Positions 43,801 through 58,166 of a stretch of 64,000 bases of DNA are shown here, one piece after another. This stretch comes from Hormiphora californensis (Eukaryota; Animalia; Ctenophora). How positions within the stretch are numbered: position 1 is the first letter of the stretch; every line of letters begins with the position of its first letter. Made by a program: the position numbers and the translations under genes. The stretch lies in NCBI GenBank assembly GCA_020137815.1, contig CM035352.1, forward strand, positions 992,001-1,056,000, read 5' to 3'. A model generated the notes under the pieces. That model did no database searches and was not told where the DNA came from. It saw only the letters and a program-made list of their open reading frames with translations.

Positions 43801-46800
43801 AAATCCGGATCATATTTTTCGATTAACATGATTCAATAACAAGACATGATATAACATGCTTTTTAACATGCTTCAATATCTTCAGGTACAAACCGGTCGA
43901 CTACTTCTCCTATGAAGAGGAAGAGCAGGAAGAGGAGGAGGAGGGAGACGAGGGTGAGGAGGAGGTGGATAAGAGAAATCTAGGAGAAACCCGACACTTC
44001 TGCCCAGTTACGCTCAAGGAGAAACAAGTTCTGTGGCCGGGTGATCAGGAAATTGGGGCCCGATACCGCGAAAAGATTTATCTGTTTAGCAGTGCGGAAA
44101 ACAAAACTAAGTTTATGGAAAATCCCGACTTGTATGCGCCTAGCCAGGCACCCATAACGGTAATAAGACATTTTGTGTTTCACATTTGTAGTTTTGATGT
44201 ATATAATGTGATTGTGTTAATATTAACCCTCTCCCCTTCAGCCTCCACCTATTCGGTTGTGTATCCTGGGTCCCAAGTCAAGTGGAAAGACAGTTCAAGG
44301 ACGGAAACTTGCCCAAAAACTTGGAGTTTTCCACATTTCCTTCCACAAGTTCCTTGAAGAGATCGTCATTCCTAAGGTATGTAGGATCATCTTCTTGCGA
44401 CCAACGAATTCCTCTTCTTTGCTGTTATACTGGTTAAAATTGTTTATGTATTGTGTGAACTGGTCCTGAGTTTTGTTACTAATGATACCTCACACTCAGG
44501 TGAAGATTCGAGCATGGGAGAGTGATCACGAAGAAGAGGAAGCTCCCAGTACGGACGAGAATGACGAAGAAGATGAAGAAACAAAGGAGATTCGACTTGC
44601 TAAAGAGGCTGCTGCAAGTTAGTTTTGTTGTTTTTTGTCCATCTATATTTCACGAGTTCGGACTTCCAAGATGCCCGTGTGTCTATATCAACTTTAGCTC
44701 ATTGTATCCCCCCCCTCCCCAGAGACCCGAGAAGTAGATCTGGATGACTCGCTCCTCCAGACTCCCTCTGGAAAGGAATACTTGGTGCAGGAATTCGTGG
44801 AACACACTGTGACACAGTTCGAGAAGGCCCTGGAGATCAGGAGAGCTCTTATTGCCAGGAGAATCGAGAAAGTGGTGGATGTTGACGAGGCTATGACTGA
44901 GGTAGGAGGTCACACTCTTTCTCTCAGTCTCCCCTCTTTATTCCCCTCCCCCTTACCTTCCTAGCCCTCTCTGATGCACCTCCCCCTCCTTACCCCCTCT
45001 ATCCCCCCACTCATCCTACTCCCTATCTCTCTTTCTCTTTCTGTAACTCTTTAACTCCCTTTCAGTTGGAGGATGCTGTTCACGCCAGTTTGGTTGAGGG
45101 AGACTCTCTTCCTCCAGAGATTTTAGAACAAGTCGTATTTGCGTGGTGGACTAAGGCTCCATTTGAGTAAGTGATGACAAATTATATATCACTTTTTGAA
45201 TAGGTGCCTCCACTCTTGGATCCATTGCAACCTATTTATGTATGTGAGATCGATCTCAGATGCCAATGTCACCAACCTCCACTCCTCTTAATTCACTATT
45301 CCATTATCCAGAGAGACAGGATTTGTACTGGAGGGTTTCCCGAGAACACCCCAAGAAGCCACCTTCATGACAGAGAGTGGACTCTTCCCCGATGCTTGTG
45401 TAGTTCTAGAGGTTGAAGATGAGAATGTCGCCAACCGACAGCTACCTAAAAAGTTGGAGAAATGGAAGGCAAAGATGTCTCGCAAGGCAGCGAGGAGACT
45501 GAGAAAGTTGGAGAGACGCCGGGTAAAGCGAGAGAAGGAGAAGAAGAAGAAAATCCAGGAGAAGTTTTCGGAACTGGTGTCAGAAAGGGAACAAAGGTTG
45601 GAGGAAAGGAGGAAGGAGAAGGAAGAGGCTACCAAATTTGGAGAGGTTCAGGAGAGTGATGGGGAAGAGAGCGAAGAGGAACCGGAAATTGATATCAAGG
45701 ATGTTACTATCTCAGGTATTTACACATACTCTCTCCATATCTCTTTCAGTCGTTTCATCCTCTTCTTCCAGCTCCATCTACTTATCTCCATCCCTCTATC
45801 CCCCTCGTTCTCTCTCTCCTTCCCTCTCGTCCTCTCCCTCTCTTCCACCCCTCTCTTCCTCCCTCCTATCACTTCCCCTCTTTCTCTGCTACCTATTCTC
45901 ATGCTAGAAACAAGACTATTCCTATTCTCACGCTAGAAACAAGACTATTCCTATTCTCACGTTAGAAACAAGACTTCCTATTCTCACGCTAGAAACAAGA
46001 CTATTCCTCAGATGAAGAAGACGAAGACGAGGACGATGATATGGGAGATGACGAAGACGAGACTGAGGAGGAGGCTGTTGATAGGATCCGGGGAGAGATA
46101 TCTGATAGATATGATAGTGATATGTCAATCGTGGGCACCCTAGTGGTAAGAGAATGTTATTATATGTTAGGGTAGACCGGGGTAATTTGGACGGTTTTGG
46201 CATTCAATTGGTATTTCAAGAGCCATTAATTTACTTAATCAATTAGTTAGCTACTCAATTTGTGCAACTGAACCTTTATCTTGAGCCTCAGAACAAATTT
46301 GAATCGAAAACATAACTTTTAGATAGCTAATTAACCTTGTTAATGAAGGTAAGTCGGAATATTTTTGATCGCGAGACACGGGGCAATTTGGACTAGTGGC
46401 TTCTACACCAATCACAATGCGCGCATTCAATCACGTGACCGCGACACACCACATTGCCCCAGCTGTAAATCTGCGATGTAAATCAGACCGAGGTTGGGGC
46501 TATTTGGACAAACTTAGATTGTAGCCACAGTTTTTGAGATATCGATTTCAAACTTTTCAGTCATCTAGTAATTTAGTATCCCGTGCTATTCCTTTTTTCA
46601 AAATTAGTTAGTTAAGTAGTAATTAGCCTAATTAACCAAAAAATTAAGTGTTCATCAGATCTATATCTATAGGGTGCATTTTCGAAAGCTCAGGATTAGC
46701 CTAGTCGATTAGAAAAAGATTTAATCTAATCCCAAATAGGGTTTTTGAGAAAATCGACATCAAAGATCAAAAAACCACAAATAAAGCTACGGTTTTCAAA

Positions 46801-49800
46801 GGAATGCTGTTTGTGTTTTCAGGTGCTTACAAGGCCAGAAATTACTATTATGGGGATCCAGTCTAATTAATCATGTTAGTGGCCGATTCCCACTCAATGC
46901 AATTCCCTGGGGTTACTATAGCAACGGAGTTTGTTACCATAGCAACCGGCAATGTACTATTTTCTTGCTCCAAATTCACCCATTACATCCGTATTATTAG
47001 ACTATCGATTATTTAAACATGATTGTGAGTAACAATGAGACATCAGACTACCTTCAGTTACCAGCCAGTCAGTGGCTTTGGTTATCAAATGTATGCCTAT
47101 TGCTCTAAGTTAGCCTGTAATTTATCCCTTTATTCAGTTATATCAGCTGCATATATATGGATGATTATCATGATAAAACACTACTTTTGGTCAACAAAGC
47201 ACCAGTCCTAGATATTCTAGAGCACCCTATGAAGTTGGTTTGTCGAATGCCACACCATGGATTGACTTGTTACCTTGGCATCCAGAGAATTGGTTGTAAA
47301 ATGCGCCTTTTTTTCCTATTTTTTTGGTCTATTTACTCAGTTTTAGCCATCTATATTGATTGAATAGGATAATTATGAAAGCAGGTTGTCTATGGTTACC
47401 ATAGAAACGAGTGTAATGGCGCCATGAGGCCAATTTGTTTTAACCAATTTGCCCCATGGGGCAATTTGGTCTAGTCCAAATTGCCCCATGGGGCAATCTG
47501 GATTATGACCGAATTGCCCCCGATTTTTTCGTCCGAATTGCCCCAAATTGTCCGAATTGCCCCGCTTCATTAAAATGCCAATTAGCTAATTAAATCGAAA
47601 GCTAATGTCATTTTGATGATGAAACTGAATAGAAAAGTATCATATTGTGAAATTCTGACCCTTAATTTAAATAATTATCATAATTAAGTTTACCGAATTA
47701 AAGTTTAACTTTAAAGTCGTCATTTTTCGTTATTTCACACTAAACACCACAATTTAAAAGTCCCATATAAATCACTAGTCCACATTGCCCCGTCCTGTGA
47801 CCACATTGCCCCACCGTCCAAATTACCCCGGTCTACCCTATTGCTATGTGAGAGTGTTAGCTTTTTGGAAGCTTTTTTTTCACAGATATCTGTGTCCTAA
47901 CCAGGAACCGACCGACACAAGTAAACAACCAATCAGAATTCGTTATTTAGGTCACGTGACTGGTTATTAGCCAATCATGGACCAGTAACTCCTGATTCGG
48001 TCGGTTTCTAGTCGTAACCCACCACCATTCCCCCTCCAGAACACCTTAGAGGACCTGAACATACCCAGAATAACAATCGATGCCTCCCGGAAACCAAAAG
48101 TGGTATCCTACTCCCTGACCCAACAACTTCGATCGATCACCGAGTTCCGAGAGAGTCTGTTCTCTCAGTGTCTAGCTGTGAAGGCAAGATCTGCCAATGA
48201 TATGCTAGCACGGGGTTACAAGCAAAGCAGCCGATTCGGACGGTGGGACCCGGTACTATTGAGCCAGGGTAAGGCGATCCAACCCTACCAGGCAGTCGGG
48301 CAGAGGACCTATCCGGTGGTTTACAGAGCTCATATCTACTTTATGAGCAATTTGGAGAACAGGCAAAAGTTCATGGATAATCCGTTGAACTATCTACGTC
48401 TCCCCTCACCTCCACCGAATGTACCGGTTAAGCTGGCTATTGTTGGACCGCCAAAGTCGGGGAAAACTATGCGTAAGTCCTGGGTTTAGTTGAACCTTTT
48501 GTTTATGTCTGGTCCCTGATAGTACTTGTTATGTTCTAACCCTCCTAATTTGCTTCATTTCTCCAGTTGCCCGACGTCTGGAGAGGGATCATGGTATAGT
48601 TTGTCTGAGTGCGGGTGAGGCAGTTCGACGATTTATGATCCAGTTCCCCACTAGTAGCCTTACAAAGGAAATGGAGGCACATCTGAGGGCTGGTGTCACC
48701 CTACCTGATGCGTTAGTGGTCGAGGCGATGGAGAAGATCATGTTGAGTCAGCAATGCCAAACACGAGGGTAAGGACAATTTATTGACGGTTACAGCTGCC
48801 GGTTTGGGTTAAAATATTTGCCAATTCATGGCCAAAAGGGGGACAATTCAGTTTTGCCGGTGAATGGAACGCGCCATGACGGGATACGACCGAAAGTACA
48901 CTTCGCGCGCGCAACGCGCACTGGCGTTACCATAGGTTACAGTGTTGACCAGAGGGCCGTGAGAAAATGTGGACACGGATTGTCTGATTATGTGCATTAG
49001 TTACATGTTTTCATCCCTCAGGTATGTCTTGGATGGTTTTCCAAATACTATAGAACAAGTGAAACTACTTACTGAGCTGAGTATCATTCCCGTTCAAATT
49101 ATAGAGTTGACCCTCTCCAACAAGGATGTTCACTGGCGAGGGACCTCCGATCGACATTCTCCAGACAAGTAAGGATCCAGACCAACTAAGTGTCTTCTAA
49201 ACACTCCCCTTAATTAGGCACTTCTGTTCACATGCCACTTCCTCTCTAGGACGCTACCACTACACGACTCAGCACCCATTTTGGATGTCAAGCTGAGCAG
49301 TTACAAACGGAATATTAACGTGGTCCGATCTCACTATGAGAAGGAGCACAGGAATTGGTCCACGCTCGAGGCAAATCGGTCTAAATGGTTGCTGAATGAG
49401 CAATGTGCTGACTATATTAACAAGCAACTTCTCATGGTGCAGACCTACCTTCAAAGACGAAGCACTGGTGAGTAGATTGTAACTGAACCATCCCAAATTA
49501 CCCCCCCCCCCCCCATCTCATCCCCACTTATTGAGTATTAATTGTTGAGTAATTAGTATTACTCCCAATTAACATTCCTATCCCCATTAATATTCACTCC
49601 AACCCCCAGGCATGGCGGCCTCTATATACGGACTCTGTGTAACTCCCAACGAGTGTTCATCACGACTTGGCGAATTCAGCCACTACTGCCCTGTTAGTCT
49701 GGCTACCCGTTACGAACTAATCGACTGCAGTGAGGAGAGCACCCTCAAGTTCACTGCGGAGTACCGGGCCCGATACTACAAAATGGCCGGGCAGGCTGAG

Positions 49801-51099
49801 CTAGATCTCTTCCTGGAGAGTGCGGAGAAGTTCGTAGCACCGACAGCACCTAACAGACTGCCGGAGAACTTGCCGCGTTGTGTTAGTAAAGCGGAAGTTA
49901 AACAGATGTTCCCGAAAGAGTTGTCATTCCGAGGATACTGTCCGGTCACATATGTGCTCGGGAACAAGAGGTATGTAGAACACGCTGGGAACTTATTCAT
50001 ATTGGCATTTTGCCGTATTATTTTTTCTGGCAGTGAGACTCTCACTGAGAACCCCAGCTCCGCAATTATAGTTTCCCTCTTTTTCTCCAGGTACCATTCC
50101 CACCTTTGTCACCATCTCCCCCCTTCCAGGTATGAAGCCCTCACACCGGGCTCCAAGGACCATGTAGCTCTGTTTGCTGACGAGCTGTTCTCTATGCGGG
50201 ATGAAACAGCCCTCGAAGTGTTCCTCAGACAGCCCTGGCGATTCAGTGAGATACCGCTCCCTGCCAAATTACCACCTGCTAAGATAGCTCAGGATGTTAA
50301 CACTCTTCCAATGCTCGGGTTAGTGATTTGTTGTTGTTTTTTAGTGTTCTTGCAATTATTTATGATTAAGGCGGATCGAGGCCCGCCACCGTGCCACGCA
50401 ATTCAGGCCGTGGTTTCCTTGTACATTCAGCCCGCCCTATGTGGTTCACGACCCGAAACCAGTCCTGCCGCACACAATGGCAGCATAAAATCACGAGCAA
50501 CGTGCTCGTCCTGCTTGTTAGGCTCATGAAACTACCGGTAATGCGCATAACCATGATAACGGTTCGTCTTTAAATATTCATTTGCCGTGGACTATTATTA
50601 TAGTCGATCTACGTTCTAAGCTGTTGTGATTTGTTACCCATATTTTTATCCCAGGTATATGGAACAGTCTGTTGCGAAGGCCCTAATCGAAGCTATGACA
50701 TCATGCTCAGACTTTAAACCAAAATACCCTTACGTGAACGCTCACAAGTCAGCCCTCCTATATGTAGCCTACCATTTGAAAGGTAACCGTTGTCTTTAAA
50801 AACAGCAAAAACTTGAACTATTTCTGAGATGTAGACTCGCTTTCAGCGATGTTCTCTGTACTATGAAACATAATCACACTCCCTCTCTCCCCTCAGCTCA
50901 CAACCCGAAGGCGACAGAATACTCGCGGGAAAAGTACAGGAAGAAGCTTGAAAAGTACAAGCAGCACTGCCAGCTAATCAAGTACCTTGGTGACAACATG
51001 AACCGCCGATATCGACCTGATTCAGACCGACCCATAGATTTTAACTACAAAATGGATGAATTTTTGGCACTGAAGAATCACCCTCTTCCATCAAGTTGA
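40892..51099 (+). CDS. AK9: Adenylate kinase 9 (multi-domain ciliary AK), >20 exons
   Basis: P-loops GKPGSGKS, GPPSAGKS, GPKSSGKT and GPPKSGKT; GYVLDGFP motifs; repeated YCPV/YHS-like modules; C-terminal KPKYPY...SALLYVAYHLKAHNP. One apparent frameshift near 41990. Confidence 0.92.
45903..46008. repeat. ~28-bp tandem repeat x4 at an AK9 intron 3' end
   Basis: GCTAGAAACAAGACTATTCCTATTCTCAC units. Confidence 0.85.
46170..47838. mobile_element. 1.67-kb non-autonomous TA-flanked DNA transposon in an AK9 intron
   Basis: TIR GGGTAGACCGGGGTAATTTGGACGG / CCGTCCAAATTACCCCGGTCTACCC; many internal GGGCAATTTGG subrepeats; no transposase ORF. Confidence 0.9.
47902..48010. mobile_element. 109-bp hAT-type MITE
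   Basis: TIR CAGGAACCGACCGA; 8-bp TSD GTCCTAAC/GTCGTAAC; second copy at 51117. Confidence 0.85.
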
Positions 51100-51116
51100 G
51101 GAGAATGAGTGTGTGT

Positions 51117-51225
51117 CAGGAACCGACCGACACTAGCAGACAACCAATCAGAACTCGTTATTTAGGTCACGTGACTGGTTATCAGCCAATCAGGGACCAG
51201 TATTTCCTAATTCGGTCGGTTCCTG
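51117..51225. mobile_element. 109-bp hAT-type MITE in the AK9 3' UTR
   Basis: TIR CAGGAACCGACCGA/TCGGTCGGTTCCTG; TSD GTGTGTGT. Confidence 0.88.
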
Positions 51226-51613
51226 GTGTGTGTGATGGACATTTTTTACACGTGGAACGTTTACCAACTCGAGTTGTGTTGGATGAGTGCCAGACTCTCA
51301 GTTATCTGTGTACAGTGTTTCTTTAGAATTGGGTGTACAATGTAAATAGAAAATAACTTTGCGGCCTGTAGGAAACAATGTTTTTATAACTTGTCACATA
51401 ATACTCCCTCACTCTCTTTTGACTTTCTTTCAGTAAAATCCTTCCCTTTTTTTAAAACAATTTCCAGGATAAAAGTTCGAACACGGGTCACGGCCACAAC
51501 TTATGGCACAAGGATATTATCACACTGTTTTGGCTTAGTTTGGTAAAGTAAAACATTGCCCAGCTAGACCCCTTTCGCCCACCCCGCACAAAACAGGTAC
51601 TGCACGGTAAAGT

Positions 51614-54000
51614 CTAGGAAATGTTACTTTTCATGTCCTTTATTTCTTCTTTGAAAGTGTCTGATATGATTCTCATCCTTCCGCCAGGTTTCTCGATCAC
51701 CTTCCCATTGTTGTGGACGATCTCGTTCTCCGTTGGTAGAGCCCTGGATAACAGATAGAGTCGTGATGACGTCATTAGAAATGGTGACGTCATAGAGAGT
51801 CATGGTGACGTAATGTGTGATGAATATGATGCCTGGTGTTATCTGGTGACAGCTTGGTTTTGAAGACAACTCATTGTGATCTGAAATGAACATGGTATGT
51901 GTCTCTCTAAATGAATATATATCAACGTGTCATGTCTGTCTGTCTAGACCTTGTTGAAAGTCTGTCATAGGACTGCCAAGATCTGTCATTGGTGAAAGGT
52001 CCTCCACTGACCTGTCCTGGTTGGCTGTGTTGGTTGGTTGGTTGGCTGTGTTGGTTCGCTGGTTGGCTGTGTTGGTTGGCTTGGGTAGGAAGTGTCGTAG
52101 GACCAGAGTGTAGGATACCAACCATACGGCTACCAATACATGGAACGCCCAGTAGAAACCATTATATAACTATAGAAAGAAGAGATCGATAGTTTATCAG
52201 TACTGCAGGGGTCAATTGAGCCTAGCTGATCAAAAGGGGTTGAGATATCATCTAGACCTGTCTGGCGTCGCTGATCCGATCTAAGCGCACTGCCGAGAAT
52301 CTAAACGGGGTCTGGAAGGGCCAGGCAGATCTTGACCGATTGTATATATCCCAGTTACTAACCTGGGCGGTCTCTCCCCACGATAAAAGAATGAACGGTT
52401 GAATGCCATACCCCAGAGCCAAAGCTCTTGCTAATCTATTGAATACATCACAGAACCTCTGAGCAGGCCAACTCCAGGAGTTATAAGTCCCGGTGTAGTA
52501 CCTCAGGAACCCAATGAACTGAAATCATATAATCAATAGTATCAGGTCAATTGAATACTCGACTCTGACCATTGTTTAGCGGCGCAGACCCGATCTGGGC
52601 TGTCAGACAATTCAAATATGACTCTGTTCTGTTACTCCAGTATTTAGTTTTACCTGTTTTTCCGCAGCGATAACGGGGATCTCGAAGAAAAATGCCATCC
52701 AGTATCCAGGGAGAACGCCGTGCCAGAGAATGATAAAGAGATAAGTGTAAACCATACTGGCCCACTTTCCCCAGCCTTTAGTTCGCTTGAACAGGTACCT
52801 AGTCGGGGAGGGAGGGGGCGGGAATAATAAGACTAAAAACATGCCAGAAATTATGAACTTTGAATGTTTTTCCGGGCAACAACATACACCTTGACATGCC
52901 GCACCGTCCGAACAGGCTTCACTGTCCCTCGTGCAGAAACCGCTGCGAGGGACAGTGTAGCTTGTCAGTATTGACAAACACCAGTCAAGTTCTCATTTAC
53001 CTAATGAACCAGTTCTTGGTGGTGAGATTGAAATGGTCAATAAAGTCCTTGTTAGAGTACCCTAGATACAGCTTCTTGATGTTTACACTCCTCATTGCTC
53101 CCCACTTGTTCTCCTCGTGGTTCGGATCGTAGGACAGCCCCAGCAACATGCACCCTCCCTCCTGTAACATACATGTTAGTTGGAACGGTGTGCGGACTCT
53201 AGTGCTAAAATCACGAAAAGCGAACTCGAGATTTCGGCCGTTAGGCCGGAAACGAGAGTTTGCTGTGCCTCTATACTCGTTTAGAAGTGTTAGGGCTGTT
53301 ATTTGGGTTCGAGGTTAGGGTTTAGTTTAATGGTTAGGGTTAGATATAGAGTCCTCCTTGGGTTTAGATATAGAGTCCGTTAGCACTAGAGTCCGCCCAC
53401 CAGTTGGAACATGTTAGTTGAACATGTGGGGGTTAGTCGAGACACGATAGTGTAGAGATGATGGTATAATAAATGGACAGGGGAATTCAACCTGGGAACT
53501 GTACTTCTAAGACATGACCTATTATAACAAGAGCCAAGAGGATTGGGAACATTATATATTGAGTTGCCTAGCTCGAGTCTGTTTCCCGTGCTCTAACATA
53601 TCAAATATTGAGGTGGTACATGACCTACAAAACACCTACCATGACTGTCCAACAACCGATATATTTAGTGAGGGCGAGCATCCCAAATCCAGTCATGTAG
53701 TACAAACGATACAACACAAACTGATCCTGTAGTTGAAATGGTGTTAGCTGTTTAGTGTGTTCTTCTAATAGGATGAGATGTAAGGGGTGGGTTCAGTACC
53801 CCGTCCTAGAGCACCACCTACTAGATGAGTGTTGCTGAACTCCCAAGGTAGATTATGCTATCTAGTTTTATTTCATGAATTCATGCTCTATCGTACGTAC
53901 ATTGAATGATTTAGCGATGAGTGTTTCTCTATTGAACAGTAGTCCACCCACTAGGTAGAGCGCCAGAAAAACACAACTGAACAGTATCAAGGCTAGGACA
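51614..54000 (-). CDS. MBOAT lysophospholipid acyltransferase (LPCAT3/MBOAT5-like), C-terminal half
   Basis: KYIGCWTVM|EGGCMLLGL...FNLTTKNWFI|RYLFKR...LWHGVLPGY (catalytic His); 5' exons not recognised. Confidence 0.82.
53187..53401. mobile_element. MULE-type MITE
   Basis: TIR GGTG.GCGGACTCTAGTGCTAA; 9-bp TSD AGTTGGAAC; internal GGTTAG repeats. Confidence 0.85.
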
Positions 54001-54316
54001 CGCAGAAAAAAGTTCAGTTATAGAATTGAAAGAAAAGCGTTCTAGAACATGTGAATCGTGAACCACTGTGAGTCACACGTGGACAAACTTGAACTAGTTA
54101 CATTAGACTTAGTGTACCTATTAGTTTCCTTTACTTTCGTTTCTCTATCTCCCCTCACGAGCTTGATCTCGCATGACATTGGCCCATTCAGATGCCATAT
54201 AGGTGACGTTGTACGCCCGTAGTAGTAAGAATCTTAACTGTGTGCTCTCGCTTCTCACTCATAAAGATATAATATGATGAGATGATATAAGCTTGTAAAA
54301 CCCGTCTGGGTTACCG

Positions 54317-54938
54317 GTAGACCAAAACAAACACATCTTATTATGGGGTCAGAACGGATAATTGTATCCTTACAATGCCACGTAACGACTATAGAAGAGG
54401 ATCTTAAACCTATCTACTCGACTACTCATTCTACCTAGTACTACGTAATATATATCTTACTAACCTGAGAGAAGGGGGAAGATCGGAGTGAAGCCTGTCC
54501 GACACTATCAATGTCAAGCATAGTTTCGGGCAGAGGTTCCAGGTAGAGATTCCATGTAGATCGAGTCAGGCTGGAGATGCAACGAAGGTTGGGCTGGTAA
54601 TCGAGAACTGACAACTCTGCTCCAGAGCTTCCTTAAGTACTTTTTCTGGCCGATGGTTTCCACAAGCGCATTCCGCCACGCTCCAGGTCGTGGTATGGAA
54701 TGTACCGGCGATATTTTTGGACGCGGCCGCGTCCAAACATCGTCGTTTTCTGTTTCTCCATTCTATTACATGTTTGGAACGACAAAATCATCGTCCTCAC
54801 GACCATATATTCATCGTCCTCACGACTCATATATTCTTCGTGCCCCTCCCCAAGCAAAAAATGTTATCCATGTAATAGACGAAGATTTAGACTTTTGTAA
54901 ACCAAGAAATAATCGTCGGTCGACGAAACAGACTCACG
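54317..54938. repeat. Direct repeat, copy 1 (copy 2 at 63410-64000)
   Basis: Colinear over ~600 bp. Confidence 0.9.
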
Positions 54939-56029
54939 CGATTGTAACCAAGGGAACGGGCAGGAATGATGAGATCATTCTCTGGAAAGGGAAGTGGCTA
55001 TTCCGGTTCCTCTGCACGCGTCCCCGCGTACACTCCCACACCTTAAGATCGAGTCTGGTGGTGAGAAGTGATGTGGTAGTCGTCCGGGTTCTCTGCACGC
55101 GGCACCGCGTACACTCCCGCACCTTAAGAAACACCTCATCATCTTAGTGAACTCCATTCCTCTTTATTCCATATCCATGTGAACTCCTCCCCTCGTTCAA
55201 TTTAGTGAAGACAGGTTGTTTCCTTATTCCACGTAGCGTTAAGAACTCCAGTTTTCAGTCCATGTGGACCTATTGGCTACTCAAAAAACTTACACGAATT
55301 AATATAATGCATTTATCTCACACTGTCTTTCACACTGTTTCTCTTATCTTTTTCTGTTTGATCCTCTGTTTCTTCGTCGTTCCACTGGCTTGAATTCCTC
55401 GGGGGTGAATTCCTCGGGGGTGATTTCCTCTGTTTGATCCTCTGCTTCTTCGTCGTTCCACTGGCTTGAATTCCTCGGGGGTGATTTCCTCTATTCCTAC
55501 ACACGGCCACGTGTACACTCCCACACCTTAATTAAGTTCGTAGTGGGCGTATTAGGGTTAATTTAGCCCTACAATTGTCCTTTTATCAACACATCGATTA
55601 ACACTTATATCATGCATATACATTTTTCTTCACTCGCTTAATTCAATAATGTTTCCGCATAACTGGGCAACTGTCATTTGGGACTTCTTTCCTCCCGAGT
55701 TCGGGTTTACTCCATCCCATCGAGTTGAACCCACTCACTAGATCCCATCTCATGATCTCATCTAGCGAGCTGTCATTTAGAAATCATTTCCACAAACTTA
55801 ATATACTTCTTTATCCAAATAATTTCAATTTGTCTTCACTTTCTATGATCTTCCCTTACAAAGACAGAATAAAAATGTTCTTCACACAAATTTTTTATGG
55901 AAAATGTTCATCCTCACGGTTATTTTAGACAACTTATCCTCATCTTATCAACTCACTGATTGTAATTGTCCTCGTATTTTCTTCCAATTCCTCGGAACTT
56001 CATCTCCTCCTCCCTCTGCTGGAAACGTT

Positions 56030-56390
56030 GTCACCTTCTCTCTTCGCCGGGAACGTTATCTTCTCCTTCCTATGCTGGAAACGTTATCTCCTCCTCGCTG
56101 GGAACTTTATTTCCTCCTCTCCTCGCTGGGACCGTTATCTCCTCCTCGCTGGGAACTTTATCTCCTCCTCTCCTCGCTTGGACCGTTATTTCCTCCTCTC
56201 CTCGCTTGGACCGTTATCTCTTCCTCTCCTCGCTTGTACCGTTATCTCCTCCTCTCCTCGCTTGGACCGTTATCTCCTCCTCTCCTCGCTGGGACCGTTA
56301 TCTCCTCCTCGCTGGGAACTATATTTCCTCCTCTCTTCACTGGGAACTTTCTCTCCTCCTCTCCTCGCTTGAAACTTTATCTCCTCCGGG
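56030..56390. repeat. Minisatellite (CTCCTCGCTTGGACCGTTATCTCCTCCT-like)
   Basis: Direct reading. Confidence 0.85.
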
Positions 56391-56919
56391 ACACCTACTC
56401 CTTAAACTTTGTCGTCTAATCCTTTTGACAGTAACTATCCAACTCATTTCTTTTTGGATCTGACCTGGATAAGGTAATGTATGCATATTCCTCTTTCTCC
56501 AGATTTTTCCCTTCATAATTCGCCAACTTGCTCTGTTGTGTCTATCTTTTATATCTGCATCAACCTGGCCGCTAACCCTTATCTCTTCTGATATGAGGTT
56601 GTCCTATGTTGAGAACAAGTAGTCAGCTTGTCTCGATCAGCATTCACAGTGACTAATTGCTTCTGCTGACTTGAACAGTTCCTCTAAATAACAAGTAGCT
56701 AACTTGTGGCAATATTGCTCTTCTATCCGGATATTAATACGCTGTGTGATTCAGTCACAGATTCTTTCCTTTTAGGGGGCTTTGTCCCTACATACCTAGG
56801 TCGCCTAGGTGAAACCACACACAGCCGTGACTCTTCTTCTGGGTTACGTCGTCCTTTCTTCGAAGTAGAACTATGCATTTCTGGAACAGGTACTGTTACC
56901 TCTCTAATCTGGAAGTGGA

Positions 56920-57150
56920 ATCGGTATCCTCACCTCACCTCTCTGGAATATGTATCCTCACCTCGCCTCTCTGGAACAGGTATCCTCACCAATCTGGAAC
57001 AGGTATCCTCACCTCTCTGGAACAGGTATCCTCGCCTTGCCTCTCTGGAACAGGTATCTTCACCTCGCCTCTCTGGAACAGGTGTCCTCACCTCGGCTCT
57101 CTGGAACAGGTGTCCTCGCTTTGCCTCTCTGGAACAGGTACCTCACCTCG
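56920..57150. repeat. Minisatellite (CCTCTCTGGAACAGGTATCCTCACCTCG-like)
   Basis: Direct reading. Confidence 0.85.
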
Positions 57151-57429
57151 CGGTACCTGTCCTCTCATACACACCTTATGTGTCATTAAAAATCATGTGC
57201 AATGATCCTTATCTCCATTTTCAATTAATTTTGTTCAAGGGGCTCCACTGATAAATCTAACTTTCTGTAGTTTCAGGGATGAATAACCCATCTCAAAAGC
57301 TGGTTAATGAAAATGGATGGTTTTAAACACTGCAAGAGCAAATCCTTCTGTCTCCTCTTTTATATATATTTTCTTATCTCGGGTTCTGAGTTGTCTTTTG
57401 GCCTTCTCTCCATCATTTTCTTCACTCTC

Positions 57430-57960
57430 CTTGGGGTCTCTAACATCTTCTGCCTTTTCCTCGGGGTCTCTAACATCTTTTGTCTTCTCCTCGGGGTCTC
57501 TAACATCTTTCGTCTTCTCCTCAGGGTCTCTAACATCTTCTGTCTTCTCCTCGGGGTCTCTAACATCTTCTGTCTTTCCATCGGGGTGTTTAACATCTTG
57601 TGTCTCCTCCTCGGGGTCTCTACCATCTTCTGTCTTCTCCTCGGGGTCTTTAACATCATCTGTCTTCTCCTCGGGGTCTCTAACATCCTCTGTCTTCTCC
57701 TCGGGGTCTCTAACATCTTCTGTCTTCTCCTCGGGGTCTCTAACATCTTCTGTCTTCTCCTCGGGGTCTCTAACATCTTCTGTCTCTGTCAGAGCATTGG
57801 CCTGACAGTTCTGTCTGCTCCTCGGGGTCTCCAACACTTTCCGTCCTCTCATCGGGGTCTTCAACAACTTGTGTTCTCTCCTCGGGGTCTTCAACATCTT
57901 CCGTCCTCTCATCGGGGTCTTCAACAACTTGTGTTCTCTCCTCGGGGTCTCCAACACTTT
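57430..57960. repeat. 30-bp minisatellite (TCGGGGTCTCTAACATCTTCTGTCTTCTCC)
   Basis: About 16 copies; open in several frames. Confidence 0.9.
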
Positions 57961-58166
57961 TTGTACTCTCTTTGGATCTTCAACATCTTCTTTCCTCTCC
58001 TCAGAATCGCTAACATCCTTATCCTTAGAACCAGGAATATCCTCTGCACAAAATAAACAGAGCAAGTGACAAAATATGTAGGCTATGTAAGTTGCAACGA
58101 ATACGAAGAAACAATAGACCACATATACAATAACCAAATCCGGACCACCTCTGATATTCAATCATT

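Noticed and set aside
55904-58161. Overlapping ORFs in several frames, including the 285-aa EDVRDPEEKT protein
   Set aside because: They arise from stop-poor minisatellites open in several frames on both strands; there is no independent evidence of coding
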